Source: Ruditapes philippinarum
Taxonomy: Eukaryota
Assembly (NCBI RefSeq): GCF_026571515.1
Contig: NW_026867237.1
Location: 124,001-188,000, forward strand
DNA length: 64,000 nucleotides
Direction of reading: 5' to 3'
The position numbers and the translations under genes are program-made. The notes beneath the pieces were generated by a model. It was not told where the DNA came from. It saw nothing but the letters and a program-made list of their open reading frames with translations, and made no database searches. Below, piece after piece: positions 41,581 to 52,898 of this stretch; positions within the stretch are counted from its first letter, which is position 1, and the number at the start of each line of letters is the position of its first letter.

Positions 41581-43057
41581 GATACTAAATAAAAAATTAA
41601 AAAAATAAAATAAATTCTTTTTTGTTAAATAATTGTAATTTATAAACTTTTTTTTTCATTCGAAAAAACGCTATAACTATGATGTAGAGCCTAAGCGTCA
41701 GCAAAATACTGGTACATTAAAGAGAGATATTCCTTGTGTTGTTATAATTTGGCTATTGGAGACGAATACCATTTATTTTGCATATGTTATTTCTACGATG
41801 TAATAAAAACTCACATTGCTATTATAGACATTCTTCAATATACAAATTTATCCAGCTGTTCACCCCCCCCCCCCAAAAAAAATAAAAAGAATTTGTAGCC
41901 TATACGTTTATGAATCTCTCACTTAGGTAGGTATACGCTTTCTACATTGGTGATTATGTTCATTCTCCAAACATTTTTGTTTCCATACCAAAGAAGTACT
42001 ACTTTTAAATAGTCTTATTTGTATATGTATTACAATTTAATCTATATAATTATTGTACAATTGCCATGAAACAATTAAAAATGTGAAAAGAAAGGAAACA
42101 GTTGATGAAAGACAAATACATAAAACAATAAAGGATGAGGATGCTTATGTTTATTTATGTTTGAGACGAAACTTAGCGATTTTCTTTGATAGAAAACAAA
42201 CTCTGTTTCTAATGCTGAAGGTATATATATATATATATCACATGCAACTGTAAGTTAACAAACAGATTGTGACATCGTGTTTGCAATCTCCCAGTTGCAG
42301 CACAGTCTGTGGTAGATCGTCATCATACGGAAGTCGGTATATCAGAACCATATCTAAAATCAGAATAGAAAGCTTTAAAAAAGTGATTGGTTGAAGATGT
42401 TAAACTAGTAACATTCATTGAATGGATAAAAATATTTAAAAATAAGATATTCAAATAGTCTACATGATTCGTATTACACGACAAAAATTGAAGATATTAC
42501 AGGCTTGGTGTAACTGCATTTTTTCAAGTACAACAAAGGTAAATGATGATTGCCCTACATGATCCTTAGCAGCGACTCTAGCAGAATTTAAACTCAATAT
42601 TTAAATATGTAAATTGTGTATAATTTAAAATGCACAAAAGGAAATGTTTGAGTTAATCACAAATACATGTATATTATTTCTTTCCATTATTTACATGTGA
42701 CTTCAATCAAAGATTATCAACACTTCTAACTTTCTTATCTCTCATTCATTATAATATCTGATATAGTTATTGTTAAAAAATTAAATGTTTACTTTATTAT
42801 ACATGTAATTATCTTAAAGGTAACTGATGGTGATGAATATTAATATCACTTTTGATATTTCTATTAAACATCATAGAATAATATTCGAGGATATTGAATG
42901 ACTGTAGGTTTACTACAAAATTTATTCAACGAGTTCAATACATTTATGTATTTCAATAACTTTAGTATTAAACCCAAACCAACACTCATTCAATATTCAC
43001 CCTTTATTACACTCTGTGCCATGGTTAATGTGATAAAAGTAAGTTTTACCTCGGAGG

Positions 43058-44457
43058 TTAATAAGAATTATCATGGCTGTCATGATCGCCATAGCCACTG
43101 CTGCTGCCATAGCCACTGCCACCATGTTTACTATATCCGCCATATCCGCCTCCGCCTCGACCTCCAAGACCACCTCCAGCACCAAACAATACTTGGATAA
43201 GGAGGATGAACACAAACACTGAAACAAATTGAATAGAAAATAATAATTATAACATTTAATAATTTAATCGTTTTTGAAACTGATCTAAACTTTGAAAAGG
43301 GGTGATCCTCCTTCGAGGGAAACGAAGACAGAACTAAAAAGATGATAATTACAGGCAAGGTTTCAGTCTAAAACTGCTTATAAAAAAAACGAAGACTTTT
43401 TTCAGTTTTGCATTACATTTTGCTAAGCTATATTTTGTGGAGTTCGTTAATATTAGTGCAGAATACACTAAATGTGGAGCTACATAAGTAAAGTTAAGTA
43501 AATAAATGAAAATATTGACAAAAAACATTGTTACTCACAGTAGATTATGATTTCAAATATACCACCGCCAAATCCAGAGGCTGCAATAGAAGGACAAGAT
43601 CGAGATAATTTAACTTAATGTATAGTATCTAAAAAGATAAAAATCAGATGTGATAACAAAATGTTTATTATGTATAGATTATTTACATCTTTTATGTGCT
43701 ATTCATGTAGAGAATTTGAAAGTTTATTGATTAAAATTATCCCCTTAATTCAAACATTATCGATCTTTGTAATTTTTTATTTAAGAATAAATACATTAAT
43801 TGTATATTCAAAATTTTCAATTGGTATTCCTCAGTTCCAGTAGAAATAAACATTAGTATATTGTAACACAAAATACTGAATAGTGATTAACAAAAATATA
43901 TACACATGTGTTTCTGTCATAAATTGTTCCTTTCACTGAATGATGCATGATTAAGATTAAAGACAATGGCTAGATTTCTTAGTTTTTCTAAAATAAAATT
44001 ACATAAAATTAAAACCTTAAAGAAAATTAAAATTGTTGCAGGTTCTGTTCATGGACTTAGACTACCGTCTATGCCCCTTTCTCTGGCATGAAGAACTTAG
44101 TTGTGGAATTGACGTGAAACTTAGAATTTAGAATGTCCATTAAAAATAATGTGTTCATTTCGCAGCTAACACGGAGAATTTGATGCTTCACCATGCCATT
44201 CAATGACAAGCGGCGTAAGCATTGACCCCCAAGTAAAAGAATGTGTGTAACCTAAGCAAGAAAATAAAGGCCGAAACTTAATAAAACATAATTTTCAGAA
44301 GGGATCAGAAGTAAAAAAACTTACAGTTATTGTTGTTTGTCATATGTCCACCATATCCATATGCCATTGGCATCTTCATGTTATGCATATACATGTTGCC
44401 TGAGACCAACATGGCCGCACTGAAGAGTGTGACTGCTCCAAGTAAAAACAATTTCAT
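43058..44457 (-). CDS. Gly-rich signal-peptide / hydrophobic-block protein, paralog E (111 aa); coding exons 44457-44325, 43580-43539, 43218-43058
   Basis: MKLFLLGAVTLFSAAMLVSG-NMYMHNMKMPMAYGYGGHMTNNNNSSGFGGGIFEIIIYLFVFILLIQVLFGAGGGLGGRGGGGYGGYSKHGGSGYGSSSGYGDHDSHDNSY*; not present in the ORF track in the correct frame. Confidence 0.9.
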
Positions 44458-44596
44458 CCTTGCTGGTGATTCTTTCTGAAACAAGTGTAACGATAGTAGT
44501 AATCAGCCATGGTTTGGTTTGATAAAATTGTTTTGTTAAAATTATAGACTAAATGTTTAAAAATAAACAAGTAAAATAACAACAAAGCATACTTAC

Positions 44597-44659
44597 TTCC
44601 CATTCACACTGACTTAATTTGCAAAAAATAGTTCTTTAAATAGTTTTAGATAGCGGAAA
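44597..44659 (-). promoter_or_regulatory. TATA-like + Inr core promoter and 14-nt first exon, paralog E
   Basis: TATTTAAA (44642-44635), TCAGT Inr with A at 44610, GTAAGT donor at 44596; cggaaa on + at 44654-44659. Confidence 0.7.
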
Positions 44660-47600
44660 TAAGGTCTCTCAATTGGAGAGAAATGTTAAAAATAGAAAAT
44701 TCAATCCCATATTTCCACTTTCTTTACAGATCAAACAAAACCACTTTTACCCCAAGCAAAATGTGGCGGCCACGTCTTTAGTCGTAAAACCTGTGAAAGA
44801 TGTAATGTTGCCACAAAACTGTTGAAACTCGACCTATATCACATAGTTTTAAAAAATTGATAAAGTACAAACGATTCCTATAAAAAAACATTCATTTATT
44901 ATGTCGTTCACTTTTTTCAAATCAGTTGATGCTCCTAAATGCTGCTAAACGCTTTAATGATAAGAAAATGTTTTAGAACATAAAAGTTGGATGACATTGT
45001 TATGTAACACAAGAAAAATATAAGTACAGATGATTTAAATTTAGTATGTCAAAGTGGTGCATCAAGTCCAATTAACGCAACCTTTCTACATGTCTTGGCT
45101 AGTCCAGCGAGCCAGTGATGCGCATCTTAAAAGAATCAATTGTGTAATATCTTCAGGAAGTTCAGCGAACCAAAGAAGAGCAACAAATCAATGTGGTGTT
45201 GCAAGTCGTCTTGGAGAAGCTACAAGTTCATGCTGTGCAGCCAGCCAAAGTGGTGCCGAACGTCCATTATGTGCGGCAGGTTAAGAAAGTACAGCACATC
45301 CAATAAGCGCAACATGTCCTGGTAGTGCAAGAAGTCCAAGTAGTGCAACAAGACGAGAAAGTGGTACTACCTCAGGAGCTCCAACAAGTATATATTTTAA
45401 TGTAAATTTTGGCCAGGTAGTAAAAGTACTGCTTTAATTCATGCAAATAATATAAAGTGACATAAACATTACTGCAAACAAAACTAGTTGAGCATTCAGA
45501 GTATAAACTACTTCTTTGTGTCAAAAACCTATTCGGGGAGCATCACCCGGTCCGGCCAGCTCTTTTTATTCTTTTAGCTAAGTTTAAATTGAAGTCTGGA
45601 GAAGACATGTTTGTCGGAAATGTATTTACTCTTGTTTGACAAACAGATAATGACTAAAGATTATCAGAAGTATCGTTATTGTCAGTTGTTACTTATAAAA
45701 GTATAATTTATATATATATTTTTTCTAAATATTATAATTCTAAATGATCATATCCATGGCCTTGGGGTAAATAACGAGGAAAGATAGAAAACCATGTATA
45801 CATGTATGTGTGCTACATTGCTACATTTTATCATGTCAATGTATTCTGTCTTAACTAAGGAAGATTTTTGACAAAATGTTAACTGACAATTTTGTTTATA
45901 TTTTTTAAATTTTATATCAGATGTGTTGATATATATACAAAGTACATAACAACTTTTAACGTTTAGTCTAAGGAAGGTTTGAGGAAATTTAACTTTATCC
46001 TTTAAGTTTGAACAAATCCCGATTGATGTTTATGACATGTGTATTGTCAAATGGTCATTCAGTGATTAAAACGGGAATTGATAAATATTGTAATTAGAGG
46101 CATAAAGATACAATGAAAATATTAACAATTTTATTTCGAAGGCCCTTAAGCATAAACTTAATATTGCAAATAAGGACTAAATTTATCATTTCCTCAAACA
46201 TTTCCTAAATAAAATAAATATACGTATGTATGTAGTTATGTTTGTTACTGGTAAAGACACACACATACATAGATAACTTTTCTTCTTCTTTACAGTACAT
46301 GTATTTATAACTTAAATGTTTGGCAAAACGGCAAAATTTATAATGTTACAAACTCGGTTTATTAAGCATTTACGGCAGCGCTTGTGCAAGTTATTTTCTG
46401 TCCATGCCCCTGCGCAACGGCGCAAGAACACTCATTAATAAGACCGAGTCTGCACTTCTCTCCGAAGGTTTTCAGAGCTCAAAGAATCATCTAAACTTAA
46501 TACTTATTTAATTTAATTTAATTCTAGTTTTGAATTAAAAGAACATATTTATATTGTGTAAACTACGATAGCTATAGAATTGCTTTGTTCTGCTCTTAAT
46601 TCAATTAGCCATTGTATAAGGGGGATATAGAAACATTAACAAAAGTAAAACATATGCACTACATGTAATATGAATAGTATGGAAAATGAATTTCATTTCC
46701 TTTTACTTTGTCCTTTTTATACAGCTTAAATATTATTACCACTGGCCATATTTGTTTAAATTTAAATCTCATTTAAATTGTGCTGTAGACAAAGTATGTT
46801 TTTGATAATGGACTTGTAAAATAGGTTAACGTACAAAGCTAATCTTTGGCACGAAAATTTCAGGCGTGAATTAATTATTATGTTATATAAACTTAGTTCA
46901 TGTAAGATATTAATCAGCAATAGTAAGATAGTGTGTGATTGTTTTGTTATTGTCAACAGACTTTGTTCAAACTAATTTATATGACTTCATGCTTTTATGT
47001 GTACCGCTGCTGTAAATATGTTATATTGGCAATGTTTGAACATGTATATGTTTTGCCAAATAAAATATTGAATTGAATTAAATTTAAGTTTTGTGCTCAT
47101 TGCTCTCGAGGGATGACCTCTTTTGATTTATTTACAGGAAACATTAGAGTTAATTTTTTGCTCCTTATTTAAATTCATTCATCCACAAGCTCACTCTCTA
47201 TCAATATGGTAGACATAACAGGTAGAAATAAAACAAATTCATTTTTGATTAACTTATTCTTTCGAATATTTTCGAAATTAGAAATGTCGAAACAAATGCG
47301 GACCTTTTGAAATTTTGAAACATTTCATTTTCTTTATTTATGACAAATAAGTTATTTCCGATAGGCTATAAGACAAAAAAGATGCTTTTGTTACTAACTT
47401 TGGAGTATATATACAGTACAACTTTTAAAATTAACTACATGTATAAGCGCTTGCTTTACACAAGTTATTGCATAAATGATTGATTACAAAGTTTTTTTTT
47501 TCAAACGGTATGGATGTATTACATTTGGTTTATATGTTATTAAAAATCCCTGGAGGTGAAAAGACATATACATTTTCCATGTGGTAACAGGAAATGCATA

Positions 47601-48968
47601 AAATTTGTAATGACTCTTATTTAGTTTTACATGTGATTCATTTGTCAGAGACCATTGGATCATATACTTAATGCTAAAAACAATAATTATTCTTTGAAGA
47701 AACATCAGTTCTTACAATTATTTTTTATCGAAATGTCTGATAACGATCTGCTATTGTTATTCAATATTGAATTTCTTATTAACTGGTTTTCAATTAATTC
47801 AAGAGATTGGTTGCTTTTACTAAAATATTTTCTCCTTTAACAACAATAACACAAACAAACAGAAAATTCAGACTCCGTAATCAGTATCAGGAAATTCGAC
47901 AACTGGAGATTTCTTGCTATAAATACACGTAGAAGCAAAAATAACAGCTTAAAATTCATACTAGGGTTCCGTTTATGGAATATAATGAAAGGTGCAACAT
48001 ATCGTCCCCACCGGCATAAGCAGACTTTTTCTCAAATTAAGAATTGGAATCTGTTGTACGAAGCGCCAAAAATATCACATCACTGTTATGAAGTACGGGG
48101 CAGTTTTTCGTACATGCAGCTGTACATAGTGTACATAGAGCAATAACACATAACTGTGTGCCCAGTATGCATGTTTTTTTAGAGTGTACGCAGTACCATA
48201 ATGTCCATTTCCTGTAAAAAGTTTGTTTTAAGACATTCTTCGTACAAAGTAAAAAGACAGAAGATTAAAATATATTTATGAAATAAATCCTACAAGAAAC
48301 TAACTTCCAGTTCTCCGAAACTTTCAGATTAATCCACAATTTCTCAATTTCTATAACATTTCAACGCCGGATGAACGCATTATCCAGAATCCAAATCGCA
48401 TTCAACGCGAAATACTGACGAGAAGGGGAAGATATGTGTCAATGCAATTGGAAAATCAAAACTATAAAAGCAAGGACATCTTCAAATCTATTCTGATGTT
48501 TTTTTTACATAACTCGTTTTTGTTCAAAATACTGCGCAGTATGAGCATTTTGCGGATGCACGCGCATCGTATGACCGCCTTGTTTTTGTAACTCGTCTTT
48601 TGCAAAGAGTGGTTTAAATTATAAGCAATATTAAGTTGCAATGCATTTAACGAAAATGTTTACGTATAATTTTGGTAAATTACTTTCATTACATAAACAG
48701 TCAGGGAACACCTATATACATTATTATAAAATTTGTAAAATTTACCGTCCCTAATACAGAAAAGGTTGTCAATCAACAATACTCACACGGTGTTTAGATT
48801 TAACTAAATGATTTCTAGCCAGATAAACTGGCTATTCTGATATTTAATCTATTTTCATTCTGAATGAAAGAGTGGTTTTAAATTGAGCACGGCTTTAATT
48901 ACGCACTGAATACACTCGCGTTACTTCAGACAGTGAGGGATAGTGGAACATTCGACCGATGCGCAGGA

Positions 48969-51900
48969 GAAACTGAAACTGAAATTAAAACTGTTCTATT
49001 TAATTAAACGCCTATTTCTATATACATATTCAATGGCGTTGTACAAAAGGATAATAAAAGTATGTACATATAGATAAAAAAAACAACACATATGCATGGC
49101 AAATGAACTACAAAAAATATGTTAAAGATATCAGCCGTGTAAAATATAAAGTATTACAAACTTAAAAAAAAGAAAAAAAAATAGTTAAAAAATAACAATA
49201 AAAAATAATTTAAAAGAAAATAAAAATTAATGGTTATTTCAGTAAAATTTCAAACACATTTCCACATCTCTATCAGTTTACAGCCCAATTACAATCTTAA
49301 AACAATGCGTAAAAATCTCTAAAATAGTAGGTTTTGACATTTTTCTTGAACATGTCCAAAGTCGAAGACTGTCTTATATACAAAGGCAATTTATTCCAGA
49401 GAGTTGGACCAACGGTACTAAAACTTCTGTCGTTAAATGTTTTCCTTTTGTTAAAGGGGACAGCAAAACAATAATCCATATTATCAACAGATCTGAGATT
49501 TGGTCTTTTTATGACAGGCTTGTGTAACAGTTCTGTTAGATAAACCGGAGCATTGCCCATAAAACAGTTATACATTGTACATAGTATTTTAAAATTGATC
49601 CTAGCTTTAATTGGTAACCAATGCAGTTCCAACAAAGAGTCTTTGGAACTATCATATTTTCCGCGTTGCAAAACAAGTTTAGCGCACATATTCTGGATAC
49701 GCTGTAATTTCTGTAACTCACTTTCTGAAATGCCAAACAATATAGCGTTGCAATAATCCAAATGTGAGATTACAAGCGACAATACTAGGATTTTTGTGGC
49801 GTCATGAGTCAGTTATTTGCGAATGCTCTTTATTCTCAAATAATTTAACATAGCAGTTCTACACTTGGTCTTAACATGTGTTGAGAATCTTAGGCCCTCG
49901 TCTAAGTAGGCACCTAAGTATCTTATGACACTGACATTTTGAATTTTATCACCGGCGATATCAATTTCTTTAATTGAACATTTACCAAGTTGGGCTTTAC
50001 TACCAAACATAATGAGTTCTGTCTTAGTGGTGTTCATTTTGAGTTTATTGGCATTCATCCAGTCATTGATGATTACAGCACTGTCTTCAAGTTGCTTTAT
50101 AGCGTTAAGTTCATTGGTCACTGAAGTTGGTCGAAAGCGTTGACTAGCAATGTGGTCATCAGCAAAGCCGTACACAGATATGGATGGTGGTATCACATCA
50201 AATAGGGTTCCCGCATATGTGAGATAGAGCCACGGACCAAGACAGCTCCCCCGAGGTTCATTGCATTCCAGCAATCGTGGAGTCGATTCAGTAGAATTAA
50301 CACTGACGCGACAACTACGAGGTCGCAGGTACGAGTCCACCCAAGCTAACACAGTACCATTGACACCGTACTGACTGTGTAACACTTCGAGTAGAATGTT
50401 GTGGTCAACGGTGTCGAAAGCTGCACTAAGATCTATTGCAATTAGAGCTGTGACCTCTTGCTTCTCCATACCGTCTAGAAGATCATTGACAAGTCTGAGT
50501 AAAGCAGTCTCACATGAATGATGACGCCTGTATGCTGATTGATTTTTAGGTAACAAATTATGGGTATCGACATGGTTATTTAGTCTGAAGAGCGCAGCCT
50601 TTTCTATCAATTTTGAAAGAAACGATAAGTTACTGACAGGCCTGTAGTTTGACAATTGTAATTCTAAACCAGACTTCTTAAGAAGGGGTCTAACGATCGC
50701 CTGTTTCCAGTGTGTTGGAAATACGCCTTTAGACAGAGATAGATTGACAAGTTTGGTAATGGTTGGCAGAAGCTCATCTAGATGTGACTTTAATATATGT
50801 GTGGGTATTAAGTCCAGCTCACACGATTTGGTATTTAGTTCACAAATAAGGCTCTTCACCTGTGTTTCTGTAAGATCCTCGAAATTTTCTAAAGGTTGAA
50901 TTTGTTTGACATTTGGAATGAAGCTTGGAAAATCCTGAAGTGATTTACGAATTTTAGCTATTTTTTCAATAAAAAAGTCTGCAAACTTCTCAGCTAGCTC
51001 ACCGTCATTTGTAGACTGTGGCATAGGATTTTCAGCTTTAGTACCTGTTAATTCCGAAATTAAACCATAGAGTTTTTTGAATCACCTTTTGCATTTAGAA
51101 TTTTTTCACTTATTACTAGTTTTTTCTCAGAATCAAATTCTTTACAGTATCTATTCCGTGCTTCTTTAAATTTCTTGAACTTTTCTGGCTCTTTGTACTT
51201 TCTCCAAATTCTCTCTTTTTTCCGGACAATACGCTTAGATTCCAATATTGACTCATTTAACCAAGGTTTTTGAGTTCTGCATACCCTAGTTTGTTCCTTT
51301 GTTGGAGCATGTTTGTCGATAACAGATTGGATTTCTGATTCAAACAAGTTTACAAAAGTATTGACATCTTCACTATCAACTGAAATCTTCGTTAAATCAT
51401 CAGAGAATTCAGAATGGGATATGCTTTTCCAGTTTCTAAATTGTACAGTTTTACTGGTAATGTTTTCTTTCTTCACATTAATGACTACATGGACAGCACA
51501 GTGATCGGAGAGATAAGGTCCTTGTTCACATTTAAGTACACATACACCATTAACCGATTCAGTGATAACCAAGTCTAAACAGTTTCCAGCAGTGTGTGTA
51601 CTAAAGTTGACATGTTGCTCTAAACCCATAGCATGAAGGCAATTTTGAAAGTTTGTAGATGCACAACTACCATTGTCAAGGTGAAGGTTGAAGTCTCCCA
51701 TAATCAACAAGTTAGAGTATGTAGGTAAGATATCTTCTATGAAATTTGAAAAGTCAGTTACAAATTGCTCACATGTGGCTAGGGATGGGGGTCTGTATAA
51801 ACCAACTACGTGTACTGTTATACTTTTGAAAATGAGTTTCCATATGCCAAATTCAAAACTTTGTTTGTTCCCATGTTCCATCTTTCTCATTTTAATTTCG

Positions 51901-52483
51901 GTTTTACAAAAGCAACACCGCCACCAATTTTGTTCTTGCGGTTTGCAACACTGATTTTGTAACCGTGTTGATTGAGATCAGACGTTTCATACTGATGTTG
52001 TTTTTCGTCAGAATACCATGTTTCAGTCAACAAAGCAAAGTCAATTCTTTGTTCCCTCAAATACTGGCCAACAAAATTATCCTTGTTAACAACAGATCTA
52101 CAGTTAAGTGTAAAACATGACACTTTTTCACCAATTTGAACACGCGTGTTTTGTATTAAGGGATATTTCAAATTGTGTAGGTTTGCACAAGAAGGCTTAG
52201 TCAGGATTTTAGCTTTACCACCACGTTTGCTCCTTTTGTGTGTTTTGGGTTGAGAGATGTTCAGCTTATGTATAACACCGTGTACACAATGGTCTAATTT
52301 ATGAAGTTGCCAATTACTCGAAACCGTTAATCCTAATTTCAATAGCTGGTCACGACAATACCTGTACTTTTGATTTATGGTTGGCTGGTTATTGATTTCA
52401 ATCATTTCCGAAATATGTATATTTTTCAAATATCTGTAACTTTCACCCATCATAAACAATTTAAAAAGTGTTATTGTTGCAAG
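48969..52483 (-). mobile_element. L2-group LINE, near-complete ORF2 (APE endonuclease + RT) broken by three frameshifts
   Basis: LLTETW, GLYRPP, MGDFN, LSDH (endonuclease); YRPVSNL, IDLSAAFDTVDH, FADD (RT); SHLDYCN...LHWLPI; 3' stem aacgcc/ggcgtt and (TTTCAG)n tail at 48969-48984. Confidence 0.92.
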
Positions 52484-52898
52484 TGAAGTTGGTCGAAAGC
52501 GTTGACTAGCAATGTGGTCATCAGCAAAGCCGTACACAGATATGGATGGTGGTATCACATCAAATAGGGTTCCCGCATATGTGAGATAGAGCCACGGACC
52601 AAGACAGCTCCCCCGAGGTACATTGCATTCCAGCAATCGTGGAGTCGATTCAGTAGAATTAACACTGACGCGACAACTACGAGGTCGCAGGTACGAGTCC
52701 ACCCAAGCTAACACAGTACCATTGACACCGTACTGACTGTGTAACACTTCGAGTAGAATGTTGTGGTCAACGGTGTCGAAAGCTGCACTAAGATCTATTG
52801 CAATTAGAGCTGTGACCTCTTGCTTCTCCATACCGTCTAGAAGATCATTGACAAGTCTGAGTAAAGCAGTCTCACATGAATGATGACGCCTGTATGCT
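52484..52898 (-). repeat. 415-bp near-identical duplicate of the L2 RT core (50122-50536)
   Basis: Direct comparison; I saw one substitution (NVPRG versus NEPRG). Confidence 0.92.

Noticed and set aside
43125-43150. Possible frameshift in the last coding exon of paralog E
   Set aside because: On re-reading, GGA TAT GGC GGA TAT AGT is in frame and the exon length (161 nt) fits; the gene is intact.
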